In this document: in pieces, positions 1 to 9,282 of the stretch | Numbering within the stretch: the stretch's first letter is position 1 | How the letters are laid out: the number at the start of each line of letters is the position of its first letter | NCBI GenBank assembly: GCA_044356215.1 | Contig: JBIKWQ010000032.1 | Coordinates: 1 to 34,220, forward strand | From: Bdellovibrionota bacterium | GTDB taxonomy: Bacteria > Bdellovibrionota_C > UBA2361 > OMII01 | DNA: 34,220 bases | Direction: 5' to 3' | Program-made: the position numbers and the translations under genes | Notes under the pieces: generated by a model | Databases searched by the model: none | Told to the model about the DNA's origin: nothing | Seen by the model: the letters and a program-made list of their open reading frames with translations, nothing else

Positions 1-3
1 ACT

Positions 4-72
4 TCCGACCTTCGCTAAAGCTACGGCCGGCGAGGCTTTTGTCGGACCAGACGTAGCCTTGGCGTAGTCTGG
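4..72. repeat. REP-like palindromic element (CCTTCGCTAAAGCTACGG...CGTAGCCTTGGCGTAG type), possibly truncated by the window edge
   Basis: TCCGAC/GTCGGA arms (4-9/41-46) and hairpin CCAGAC-GTAGCC-TT-GGCGTA-GTCTGG. Resembles a dispersed intergenic repeat motif I recall. Single copy in the window. Confidence 0.4.
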
Positions 73-150
73 TGCGGTTTTTTCCCATCTCGAAAATCGA
101 ATATCAACTCAACCTCCACTTTCTCGCCACGGGTAGGTTTTGCCGGCCTT

Positions 151-735
151 CCCTAAATAGAGTTTACATGTTTTTTCTCCTAATTCTTCTCTTTATCCTG
201 CACCTGCACCTTCCTCTTCCTCCTTCTCCCACCTCTTCCTCGTTCTTCTAATCCTCTACATCGAGGTCGCGGAGGGCCACGGAGAGATGAATATCTATGA
301 CAAGGGTATAGCGGCAACCAAGCCTAGGGCAAGCCCACACTAAGCGGCGCGGGAGCGCCACGCTCCGAAAGATGCTCCTTTAATCCTAGCCTCTGTGATC
401 CTCTGTGTTCCTCTGTGTTTCCATTCTAGATGTTACGGATAGGGATAAAACCATAGAGGTACACAGAGTATCACAGAGGTTATAACCCAAAGAGTCAGCC
501 AGGCCACGATTAAATTATATTCCCCTCTCTGTGTTCCTCTGTGGTTTCCTCTTCCCTTGAGCCTGTAGAACTATCTTAGAATAAATTATACATCGAGGTC
601 GCGGAGGGCCACGGAGATTTAACTTTGCTTATTTCACCTATGTCTCTGTAGATGAAGAGGAGGAGATAGGTGCAAGTGTAAGATTAGGATAAGGAGGGAG
701 CAAGAGGAGGAGCAGGAGAAAGAGAACGAAAAGAC
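151..735. repeat. Composite nested intergenic repeat element, copy A
   Basis: Core 319-637 is the reverse complement of 17878-18196 (about 15 differences by eye). Contains a 29-bp direct repeat (257-285, 589-617), 10-nt-period CTCTGTG/CACAGAG tracts, and outer pyrimidine/purine hexamer tracts. Confidence 0.9.
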
Positions 736-752
736 CTGCTCGTTCACGTTCC

Positions 753-2030
753 TTACAACACAGACCTCTGAATTATATACGCCGCCGCCCCACACAGATA
801 TCCCATCACCGCCAAGAAAGAGATCCGCTTCAGATACCAAACGAAATCGATCTTCTCTAATCCCATCGCGGCGACACCAGCGGCGGAGCCTACTATCAGC
901 GCGCTTCCTCCTGCGCCACTGGTGTATGCGATAAACTGCCAAAATAGATCATCTGTCGGATAAGCACTAAGTGAATACATGCCCTGCACTGCCGCGACTA
1001 GGGGCACATTATCCAGAACCGCTGAGATGAGCCCGATAAATAACCCTAGAACTACTACATCGCCACTTACCTTCTCCAGCCATGACGCTAATTGATTAAG
1101 CAATCCGGCGCTCTCAAGCGCGGACACAGCAAGCAGAATTCCCAGAAAGAACAAAACACTTGGCGTATCAATTTTTCTGATGACGTGGTTAACCGAGAGC
1201 ACCCCCTTCTCGGCCTCGCTCTTATCACTGTGAATAAATTCTGTCAGAACCCACATAAGACCTAAACCAAAGAGCATACCCATAAACGGCGGCAGGTTGG
1301 TCAGCATCTTAAAGAGCGGAACAAAAAACAGCACCCCAATACCCAACCAGAACACAGCATTTCTCTCGAATTTCGAGGACGAGTATATCTCTGGAGCAAC
1401 AGTGTCGCTGGATGAAACTGACCCTGTGATTCTGGTGGAGAGTGCGATTACCGGAACGCAGCAACAAATTAAACTAGGTAAGAATAGATTGAGCACCGTT
1501 GAAAAAACAGATATCTGTCCGCCGATCCACAGCATTGTTGTTGTTACATCTCCCATCGGCGACCAAACACCACCCGCGTTAGCCGCTATCACTGTCATTC
1601 CGACAAATATGAGTCGCTCGTCTCTATCACGAACAAGTTTGCGTAGCATTGTCACTATGACTATCGTTGTAGTTAGATTATCCAGAATTGCCGATAGAAA
1701 AAACGCCAGTGCCGAAACTATCCAGAGTAGCTTGCGCTTACTCCTTGTTCTTATGCGTGTGGTAATAATATCAAAACCATCATGCGCATCTATCAACTCA
1801 ACGATCACCATGGCGCCAAGAATGAAGAAGAGGACTTCCGACACCTCTCCCATATGACTGGTCAAGTGGTGGTTTATCTCGACTGAATTGCCACTACACA
1901 GCATAAAAGCTACCCAGCAGAGGACCCCTGTGAGGAGAGCTGAGGGAGCTTTGTTAATCTTTAAAGTCCGCTCTAAAAATATCGCCGCGTAACCCAGAAA
2001 AAAGATAGAGACTAAAAGCGCTGTTAGCAT
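753..2030 (-). CDS. nhaD: Na+/H+ antiporter, NhaD family
   Basis: 425 aa multi-TM protein with motifs INKAPSALL, MVIVELIDAHDGF, LSAILDNLTTTI, AANAGGVWSPMGDVTTTMLW, DNVPLVAA and GSAAGVAAMGLEKI. Confidence 0.9.
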   Translation of the reverse strand: MLTALLVSIFFLGYAAIFLERTLKINKAPSALLTGVLCWVAFMLCSGNSVEINHHLTSHMGEVSEVLFFILGAMVIVELIDAHDGFDIITTRIRTRSKRKLLWIVSALAFFLSAILDNLTTTIVIVTMLRKLVRDRDERLIFVGMTVIAANAGGVWSPMGDVTTTMLWIGGQISVFSTVLNLFLPSLICCCVPVIALSTRITGSVSSSDTVAPEIYSSSKFERNAVFWLGIGVLFFVPLFKMLTNLPPFMGMLFGLGLMWVLTEFIHSDKSEAEKGVLSVNHVIRKIDTPSVLFFLGILLAVSALESAGLLNQLASWLEKVSGDVVVLGLFIGLISAVLDNVPLVAAVQGMYSLSAYPTDDLFWQFIAYTSGAGGSALIVGSAAGVAAMGLEKIDFVWYLKRISFLAVMGYLCGAAAYIIQRSVL

Positions 2031-2086
2031 GACTCTAGAAGTTTAGCCCAGATTTGGGTTTCCTTGCTATATTTATTGAAGATCCC

Positions 2087-2248
2087 CAGGGCGCCGCAGT
2101 GTTTTTGGTAACTGCTGGGATAATTAGCAAAATATTTTTTACCACAGAGGACGCAGAGGACACAGAGAAAACCCCATAATTGCCCATAAAATGGCCGTTC
2201 TCTGTGTCCTCTGCGTCCTCTGTGGTGATAAAGAACGGCGACGCCCTA
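2087..2248. mobile_element. MITE copy 1 (non-autonomous, CAGGG...CCCTA ends)
   Basis: Termini CAGGGCGCCGCAG / CGGCGACGCCCTA. Perfect 29-bp internal IR (2141-2169 / 2198-2226). Flanks GAAGATCCC (2078-2086) and GAAGACCCC (2249-2257). Three further copies in the window. Confidence 0.8.
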
Positions 2249-2260
2249 GAAGACCCCCAA

Positions 2261-3469
2261 TCACTCATGCCTCAATGCATCCAAAGTCTCCACTCGAGAC
2301 GCCCTCCATGCTGGGCCAACACCGAAAATTACTCCGACCAATATCGCCAAGATCAGGGCTGGGAATACGATCCATAACGGCGCTCGCATATCAAAACTTG
2401 GGAAAAATAGTCTAAGAGAATATGTGATCGCTAAAGCACCCCCTACCCCAAGCGCTCCACTTAAAAAAGATAACCCCAGAGCTTCCGCTAAAAACTGCTG
2501 CAAGATATCTCGCCGCCTCGCCCCTACCGCGCGCCTAATCCCTATCTCTTGTGTACGCTCGACCACTGATACCCAGGTTATATTCATAATTCCTATTCCA
2601 CCCACTATCATCGATATAGCGGCGATCGCCGCTAATACATAAGTGAGCATCGAGAGGATAGTGTTCATGCTCTCCATCATCGACACCTGAGTTAATACAG
2701 TGAAGTCCTCCTCTCCTTCTCGTCTATCCTTTAGGATCTGAGTTATCTCAGCGACCGCGTCATCGATTCCAACACGCGAAGAAGCTTTGGCGCGAATGCC
2801 AAACAATTTATCCTCATTAAATAGCTTGAGAGCGGCTTCGGTCGGTATAAATCCTATCTCATCGAAGCTAAGACCTAACTTATCTCCCATCGGAGCTAAG
2901 ACCCCGACTACTCTAAATTCACTCTCGTTAAGTTTAATCGCTCTTCCGATCGGGTCCTCATCTCCAAAGAGCTGCTCCGCTATGTTGCTACCTAGCACCA
3001 CGACGCGTCTGCGGTATTCATCCTCCTCTCGGGTAAAATATCCACCACTTCCCTGCGCTAAAGTAATTATCCTTGGGAACTGTTCGTTTGTTCCAAACAG
3101 AGTAATGTTACTGATCGACTCATCCCGCCTAGCGGAGGCAGTACCCATCACCACACCGGAAACCGCCTCTAAGTTTAAAGCGCGCTTCTCTATCGCCGCG
3201 ACATCGGCGGTCGTCATCTTACGCTGTGCCGCTCCAACTGGTGGACCGAAGTGTGTTTTGCGATCTGATTTTCCAGGTTGAATAATAATTAGATTTGAGC
3301 CAAGCCCCTCAAATTCACGCAACACGTACCTCTTGGCTCCCTCGCCAAGCGAGACAAGAAGCACAACTGAGCCAACACCGATAACCATCCCCAAGATAGT
3401 GAGCGCTGTCCTTAGCTTCTGCGCCAGGAGCGATTCGGTCGACATCCGGACTATCTCTTTAAGCCGCAT
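2261..3469 (-). CDS. ABC transporter permease, MacB/FtsX family
   Basis: KLRTALTILGMVIGVGSVV and GGIGIMNITWVSVVERTQEIGIRRAVGA signatures; 402 aa. Confidence 0.92.
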   Translation of the reverse strand: MRLKEIVRMSTESLLAQKLRTALTILGMVIGVGSVVLLVSLGEGAKRYVLREFEGLGSNLIIIQPGKSDRKTHFGPPVGAAQRKMTTADVAAIEKRALNLEAVSGVVMGTASARRDESISNITLFGTNEQFPRIITLAQGSGGYFTREEDEYRRRVVVLGSNIAEQLFGDEDPIGRAIKLNESEFRVVGVLAPMGDKLGLSFDEIGFIPTEAALKLFNEDKLFGIRAKASSRVGIDDAVAEITQILKDRREGEEDFTVLTQVSMMESMNTILSMLTYVLAAIAAISMIVGGIGIMNITWVSVVERTQEIGIRRAVGARRRDILQQFLAEALGLSFLSGALGVGGALAITYSLRLFFPSFDMRAPLWIVFPALILAILVGVIFGVGPAWRASRVETLDALRHE

Positions 3470-4157
3470 AGGTATCCCCGATAAGCCGGCCGTCGCCTAA
3501 CACCAACCTTCTCTTCGCGCGCATGGCTATCGATTGATCGTGAGTAACCATCACTATAGTGACCCCCTCTGAATTAAGCCGCTCAAAGAGGGCAACTATC
3601 TCACCACCACTCTTTGAATCCAGATTCCCTGTTGGTTCATCAGCGAAGAGAACACGAGGGTTATTAACTATCGCCCTAGCGATCGCTACGCGCTGACGTT
3701 GGCCGCCAGAGAGTTGATTCGGGAGATGATTCATCCGATCCCCTAAACCTACGCTAATTAACGCGCGCTCTGCGCGGTTTATCTGCTCACTCTCAGAGAT
3801 CGTCCCGTGATAACTAGATGCGTACACCATAGGCATCATCACGTTCCTAAGAGCTGAGGCCCTCGGTAGGAGATGAAAGCTCTGAAAAACAAACCCCATC
3901 ATCCGATTCCTAAGCTTGGCTCGCTGATCATCTGATAGGGTCTCTGTTGATGCGTCCTCGATCAGATACCTTCCCCGATCAGACTTGTCTAATAAACCTA
4001 AGATATAAAGCAAGGTTGATTTACCGCTACCCGAAGCTCCTGTGATAGCGATGTATTCTCCGCTCTTTATCTCTAGCGAGAGATCACGTAGCGCCTCTAT
4101 CCGTTCATCGCCTCGGTAAAAAACTTTTAGTATCCCCTGAAGCGAAAGGAGCGTCAT
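3459..4157 (-). CDS. ABC transporter ATP-binding protein, MacB/LolD family
   Basis: Walker A GASGSGKST, Q-loop GFVFQSFHL, signature LSGGQRQR, Walker B LFADEPTGNLD, VTHD. Confidence 0.95.
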   Translation of the reverse strand: MTLLSLQGILKVFYRGDERIEALRDLSLEIKSGEYIAITGASGSGKSTLLYILGLLDKSDRGRYLIEDASTETLSDDQRAKLRNRMMGFVFQSFHLLPRASALRNVMMPMVYASSYHGTISESEQINRAERALISVGLGDRMNHLPNQLSGGQRQRVAIARAIVNNPRVLFADEPTGNLDSKSGGEIVALFERLNSEGVTIVMVTHDQSIAMRAKRRLVLGDGRLIGDTYAA

Positions 4158-4164
4158 CGCTAAA

Positions 4165-5178
4165 CTATCTCGCTGTTATACTGACTTTTAGACCATCTCG
4201 CAGGTCAGTCTTCTCGGATGGCAGCACCACATTATCGCCACTCTCAACTCCTGATATTATCTCGGTCAGATTAAACCCTGATAATCCAACCACCACCGGT
4301 GTCTTAAAGATCGTTGAACCACGAGCTAAAAAGAGATATCGCGAAGAGCCTCGACCTAATATTGCCCTCGATGGCGCGGTCAACACATCATTTTTTATAG
4401 CTGTTACTATCTCAACATCAGCCGATGCTCCGGCTGGCAGGAGTATCGACTCGCTATCAACATTTAGCTCAACTTCACTGGTGCGATCTTGCTCACGGAT
4501 ACTACTAACAAAAGGGATCACTTTCCTGACGGTCGCTTTAAATGGCTCACGCCTTACCGCTAGCACCTTCACCCGCGCCGACATCCCAAGTTTCACTTTA
4601 GGTAGATCGACCTCATCGATCTCTACAGTGACGTAGCGTGGTTGGGTATCGATTAGGCGCAGTGGGGGTAACGGGATAACCGCCGTAATTTGGGAGAGCT
4701 GCCCCACTTCAAGATTTTTTTCCGCTACTATTCCATTAAATGGGGCCTTAATTAGGCTCCGTTCATAAGCTGTGAGGGCGGCATCGTAGTTGCCCTGCGC
4801 TTGGATAACATTACTTCTTGAGGCGGCCTGACTCTGTTGCAAGGTCTTAGCGCGTTGTAGCTCCTCGGCAGCGACATCTAATCTGGAGCGGAGATCAGCG
4901 TTCTCGATCTGGGCTAAGATCATCCCCTGCGGAACACGGTCACCAAGCTTTACGTTTAACTCGCGCACTCGGCCTACGGCTCCGAACGCGAGCTCCGCTA
5001 ACTGCTCAGCTTTGACCGTTCCCGAGTTTACGCCGGTTACGGTCTCCTCAACTGCGGCCCTAGTGACCGCGACAACGCTGACCTCTGGAGGTGGCTTGCA
5101 GCCACTAAGAACAGAGCATACAGCGGTCGTCGCGATCACTAACTCAAGCGTTCCAAATAGTTTACTTGAGATGGGCAC
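4165..5178 (-). CDS. Periplasmic adaptor (MFP/MacA-like) lipoprotein
   Basis: Lipobox-like VLSGC; GRVRELNVKLGDRV, IKAPFNGIV and EIISGVESGDNVV motifs; directly upstream of the ABC ATPase and permease. Confidence 0.88.
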   Translation of the reverse strand: MPISSKLFGTLELVIATTAVCSVLSGCKPPPEVSVVAVTRAAVEETVTGVNSGTVKAEQLAELAFGAVGRVRELNVKLGDRVPQGMILAQIENADLRSRLDVAAEELQRAKTLQQSQAASRSNVIQAQGNYDAALTAYERSLIKAPFNGIVAEKNLEVGQLSQITAVIPLPPLRLIDTQPRYVTVEIDEVDLPKVKLGMSARVKVLAVRREPFKATVRKVIPFVSSIREQDRTSEVELNVDSESILLPAGASADVEIVTAIKNDVLTAPSRAILGRGSSRYLFLARGSTIFKTPVVVGLSGFNLTEIISGVESGDNVVLPSEKTDLRDGLKVSITAR

Positions 5179-5194
5179 TAATACTACCTAAAGA

Positions 5195-5710
5195 CTACAG
5201 ACAGCTCTTCACAGCGGCTAATGCTGCCGAGTAATCCGGCTCATCGGCTACCTCTGTCACATAATCAACGTGAACTACCTTGCCGTTTTTATCAGCAACG
5301 AACACCGCGCGCGCGAGCAGAGCGAGATCTACTAGATCAACGCCAAATGCTTTTCCGAAGCTACGATACTTGTAGTCGCTTAGCGCGGTAACACGATCAG
5401 CTCCCTCCGCGGCGCACCAGCGCTTAAGAGCGAACGGTAGATCGCGGCTAACCGCGGCGATCACTACATCTTTTGAGAGGCTAGCCGCCTCCTGATTAAA
5501 CTTCTTCGTCTCAATAGCGCAGACAGGGGTATCGATACTCGGGATCGCGAGCAGAACCACAACCTTGCCAGCGAAAGAGGCGTTAGTGACATCAGCCATA
5601 TCGGCTCCTGTTAGGGTGAAGCTAGGAAGTGGCATCCCCTCTTCAACACAGCGCCCCTCAACCTTAAGCGCGCCACCCTTCATTGTGATCTTGTCGTTGT
5701 TTTTTGCCAT
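5195..5710 (-). CDS. tpx: Thiol peroxidase (atypical 2-Cys peroxiredoxin)
   Basis: PSIDTPVC, SRDLPFALKRWCA and LARAVFV motifs; 171 aa; AGGAG RBS upstream. Confidence 0.93.
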   Translation of the reverse strand: MAKNNDKITMKGGALKVEGRCVEEGMPLPSFTLTGADMADVTNASFAGKVVVLLAIPSIDTPVCAIETKKFNQEAASLSKDVVIAAVSRDLPFALKRWCAAEGADRVTALSDYKYRSFGKAFGVDLVDLALLARAVFVADKNGKVVHVDYVTEVADEPDYSAALAAVKSCL

Positions 5711-5857
5711 GATAAAGCTCCTGTAAAAAAATACTCAAGGAATCGCTCCCCTTGCGGTGAGAGCCTACACTATCCGGAGATGAAGCGCACGAGGGAGTGG
5801 AGCCCTTAGGGAGAAGATGTAAAAGCAGTGGTTGCTAAGCTTGATAGGTGACTGGGG

Positions 5858-7516
5858 TTAGGCGGCTAGGGTGGTTTTTGGGGGAAATTTTGAGGCCTGA
5901 TAAGTTTCGTTGGTCCCGCGTTGTTTATCGGCTTCTTTGAGCTCGACCGCCGGTGTTGATTGTAGCCGAACGTACGGCCCGCTCGCTTCTATTTTTTCCT
6001 TCAAAGCATTTAATACAGCAAGCTGCCGCGCGGTCTTTTCCGTTCCATCAGACGTCTCAATGTCATAAATTTTCTGAGCAATCAATTCTCCTAGTTCACC
6101 AAGAACTTTAGAAGTAAAGTTTTTCAGAACATCGCTGACTTTGCTACCTTCGACCATCGCCTCTTGGCGATACAGAAAGGATGCTATGTGCTCCACACCG
6201 GGTCTTTTACTTACAAAATCATCTACGGATTTTTTTAAATGATCCGGTTGATCTTTGGAATTCACAATCCTCCTCTCCAGCTCCGCCATCTCGCGAGCCT
6301 GGTTAAATGCGACTTCCACTGGCTTGCGATCGAATTTGAACCCTACTGCCAACTCAAGCGCCTTGCTAACGCCCTGTAAGTTGACTCCATCCTGCTGAGC
6401 GAGGTTTTTACACGCAGACGAAAGGCCCTTTGTATTATTTTGCTGCTTGAGTAGCTCCTGCGCCTCCAAGAAGGATTGATCCGCTATATTAAAAGCTCTC
6501 CCCATAGACGCTAAGCCTTCTTTGACCTCCTGTTTGGTTCCCGGGTCACGATACTTACTTTTCGCCAATTCACGTAGCTGTTCATACTGCGCGGAGTTTT
6601 TAATCTTCATCTCGACTAAAGCGACAACTGCGGCATCTTTGCACATTTGGTACAATCTACTGGCCTCTTTTTTAAGAGCAGGACTCGCATTACTAGCTGA
6701 GGCTGTTTTGCTGATTTGGCTCTGGTTTGGCGCGCTAATGCTAACACCGCTTGCTGCCTCCATTCGTATTGCCTCATTCCGCACTGATTCCGGGCCATTC
6801 TTAGCCTGCCAGCGAAGTTTTTCAGCACTTGGCTTGGTTGCGTCTCCATAAGTCGAAACTGGCGTATCGACTATCTCTTTTTTAGCATATAGTTTGCCGC
6901 CAGTGCCGTTATGGAAATACTCTCCGGTTATGAGATGTGTAGCGACCAATGCAGCCCTATGACTAGCCTCCGCCTCCTCAAATTTCCGCGCTTTATCTTT
7001 AATCCCATCAAAAGATCTCTGCTGCTCTTGTTTCCATCTTGGATGAACTATGCGCGTTAGATCATAAGAAAGATTATCATCGATTACAGAAGCGTCTATC
7101 TTTCCGTCTTGCAGCAATCTCTCGACCACCTCACGGCCCTGGGCTAGAGTCCATACCGACTCCCCATTACGCTTATCTTTCCATGCCAGCTCTTTTCCAC
7201 CGCCTTTCTTATCGGCTAGAAAATAAGAACCTACTTCGTCCATAAACTTCTTGTCCGCCTCAGAGCTAGAGTAGCTTGTTCGATAAAACTCGCGAATATT
7301 GCTAAGGGTCTTCTTTACAGTTAAGTGCGGACATTCTCTGATCATGTAATCTGAAAGCTGCGTGGGCTGTATCTGAATGAAAGCCGCATTCGCCACCGCA
7401 GTCTGAGCAACTCGTGCAGCTAGGGACACGCTGCTTTGAGAATCCAGCGGGGACGGAGTTGGCGCGACTGAAGGAGCCGCATCCTGGGTTTTTACTATGT
7501 CTACCTCGGGCGCCAT
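5858..7516 (-). CDS. Hypothetical protein (orphan, helical and charged, low-complexity N-terminus)
   Basis: 552-aa ORF with G-rich RBS upstream; no recognisable family motif. Confidence 0.75.
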   Translation of the reverse strand: MAPEVDIVKTQDAAPSVAPTPSPLDSQSSVSLAARVAQTAVANAAFIQIQPTQLSDYMIRECPHLTVKKTLSNIREFYRTSYSSSEADKKFMDEVGSYFLADKKGGGKELAWKDKRNGESVWTLAQGREVVERLLQDGKIDASVIDDNLSYDLTRIVHPRWKQEQQRSFDGIKDKARKFEEAEASHRAALVATHLITGEYFHNGTGGKLYAKKEIVDTPVSTYGDATKPSAEKLRWQAKNGPESVRNEAIRMEAASGVSISAPNQSQISKTASASNASPALKKEASRLYQMCKDAAVVALVEMKIKNSAQYEQLRELAKSKYRDPGTKQEVKEGLASMGRAFNIADQSFLEAQELLKQQNNTKGLSSACKNLAQQDGVNLQGVSKALELAVGFKFDRKPVEVAFNQAREMAELERRIVNSKDQPDHLKKSVDDFVSKRPGVEHIASFLYRQEAMVEGSKVSDVLKNFTSKVLGELGELIAQKIYDIETSDGTEKTARQLAVLNALKEKIEASGPYVRLQSTPAVELKEADKQRGTNETYQASKFPPKTTLAA

Positions 7517-7645
7517 CCAGCCCCCCTTCCTAAAAAATCACCCAACCACCCTATGCGGTCAGTGTGCTTAACTAATCTCTAAGGGTTATGGCGAATTGCT
7601 TCAGACCTGTGCTCTAGATTTAGCGGATGCGATTCTTTTCATAAT

Positions 7646-7799
7646 CAGGACGTCGCTGTGTTTTCGGTAAGCTACTGGGATAATTAGTGAAAATATTTTC
7701 ACCACAGGGGACACAGATAGAACCCCATAATTGCCCATAAAATGGCCTATTCCCTGTGCCCTCTGCGCCCTCTGTGGTGAAAAGAACTGCCGCGCCCTA
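7646..7799. mobile_element. MITE copy 2
   Basis: CAGGACGTCGCTG...CTGCCGCGCCCTA with the same internal CCCCATAATTGCCCATAAAATGGCC spacer. More diverged; no clear TSD. Confidence 0.8.
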
Positions 7800-7830
7800 T
7801 TTACACCTTACCAACAGGTTAAAAAACAAC

Positions 7831-7907
7831 TGGCGTGCCCGATACGGTTCGAACGTACGACCTCCAGCTTCGGAGGCTGGCGCTCTATCCAACTGAGCTA
7901 CGGGCAC
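7831..7907 (-). tRNA. tRNA-Arg (anticodon CCG)
   Basis: Reverse complement GTGCCCG TA GCTC AGTTGGATA GAGC G CCAGC CT-CCG-AA GCTGG AGGTC GTACG TTCGAAC CGTAT CGGGCAC G CCA gives a full cloverleaf with encoded CCA. Confidence 0.97.
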
Positions 7908-7968
7908 GTAGCTACTACTTTAATCGTGGCAGAAGGCCTTAAGAATTTCAACTAGCAGCACCCGACCT

Positions 7969-8122
7969 CAGGGCATCGAAGTGTTTTTGGTAAGCTGCTG
8001 GGATAATTAGTGAAATATTTTCACCACAGGGGACGGTAGAGGACACAGAGAAAACTCCATAATTGCCCGTAAAATGGCATATTCTATGCGTCCTCGTGGT
8101 GATAAACAACTGCGACTCCCTA
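7969..8122. mobile_element. MITE copy 3
   Basis: CAGGGCATCGAAG...CTGCGACTCCCTA with the same body as copies 1, 2 and 4. Confidence 0.8.
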
Positions 8123-8206
8123 CTACGCGATAATTCTAGTTGCTTGCGCGCCAAATCATCACAATAATAAAACAAAGCAACTAAGCTAAGTACGGGGAGG
8201 ATTTCA

Positions 8207-9280
8207 ATGAGCAACTTTAGACAATCGATTACGGTGGTCACCTCCCGCTTGCGCTTGCGCTCTGCTATCGCTTCCCTCTTTCTCGTTATCTCCTTAATCG
8301 CATACGCGCGTAACACAGCGGCCCAGCCTCTCGTAAAGGACCAACCTGGCATAACGGCCAAACAGTGCGGTGGCTCCGTTGAGGTATATGTTCACGCGAA
8401 ATGTGAGTCATGCGCCCCTTACAAAGAGTGCGCTCCAAAAAATCCCAACGGATCCGATAAGACATCTTTCGAGTTGGAACGGGATGGTGGCACCTGCGAA
8501 TGGACTTATACACCACCCTCAGGCTTCAAGGACTGCTCAATTAAAATGAAAGTAGTTTACTTTAAGACGGTTGGTAGCCGGTGGGTTCATCCGAATAATG
8601 AATCGATTTCCCCCTGCATGAAAAACAAGAGCAACGTAGTTCCATGCTTAGTTCAAAACTCCTGTAAGGATGTCGGTGGATCGCTGCCGAGGATACCCGA
8701 ACAATTAGAGAAAATCGCCGAAAATTGTTGTAGTGATTGCCAGTCTAACCCATGCCTATGCGGCTGCGTAAAATGGCTAAAGAACTATAGCGACCCGAGC
8801 TCTAACGGATATTCATGCTCCAGGCGCGATCACTACGATAAAGAGAAAGTTAATGTGAGCGCTCTCCCAACTTGTAAGTGCTCCGAAGGATGTAAGTTTG
8901 ACTTTAACCTGTGTAAGGCAGGGACGTTTAAGGCTGAGTGCGTGAAACTAAAATGCACCACTAATAAGACCGGAGGCACAAGCTGTACTGAGGAGAAGGT
9001 GTGCGATGGTGAAGCGGCCGATGGGACCCCATGCTGCGAGATGAACGCCGCTGCCTGCCCAAATCAGAGCGAATGTCTTCCAAAGACATGTCGTGGCGAC
9101 GAGATATGCACACCTGATGGTTGCTACAGCTCTGGCTGCTCGAATGATCCAGGGAAGTGCTGTGGATACAAGAAGTGCGCGCAGCATCCAGCTTGCTTGG
9201 GAGTAGTGCAGGACGCTTGTGATTTGCTGACACCAGAGGAAAAGAATCAAGTAAAAGAATGTGCGCCAGGGCTGCAATAG
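8207..9280 (+). CDS. Secreted cysteine-rich protein, unknown function
   Basis: GGAGG RBS; basic N-terminus followed by a hydrophobic signal ending ...NTAA-Q; 38 Cys in 357 aa; no CxxCH motif. Confidence 0.85.
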   Translation: MSNFRQSITVVTSRLRLRSAIASLFLVISLIAYARNTAAQPLVKDQPGITAKQCGGSVEVYVHAKCESCAPYKECAPKNPNGSDKTSFELERDGGTCEWTYTPPSGFKDCSIKMKVVYFKTVGSRWVHPNNESISPCMKNKSNVVPCLVQNSCKDVGGSLPRIPEQLEKIAENCCSDCQSNPCLCGCVKWLKNYSDPSSNGYSCSRRDHYDKEKVNVSALPTCKCSEGCKFDFNLCKAGTFKAECVKLKCTTNKTGGTSCTEEKVCDGEAADGTPCCEMNAAACPNQSECLPKTCRGDEICTPDGCYSSGCSNDPGKCCGYKKCAQHPACLGVVQDACDLLTPEEKNQVKECAPGLQ

Positions 9281-9282
9281 GT

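Noticed and set aside
257..617. CRISPR array from the 29-bp direct repeat
   Set aside because: Only two copies ~330 bp apart, no regular spacers and no cas genes.
2035..2268. Small ORFs reading TTEDAEDTE / MPIKWP (also 7731-7955, 7948-8361, 17893-18081, 634-942, 21331-21552)
   Set aside because: They are translations of the repeat elements or overlap the tRNA or real genes.
1297..3281. Long antisense ORFs (1297-1857, 2787-3281; also 19987-20469)
   Set aside because: Shadow frames opposite well-supported genes, with no motifs.
5711..7830. Integrative island at the tRNA-Arg 3' end
   Set aside because: No integrase and no duplicated tRNA 3' end (att site) seen.
8207..9280. Multiheme cytochrome c
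   Set aside because: No CxxCH motifs.
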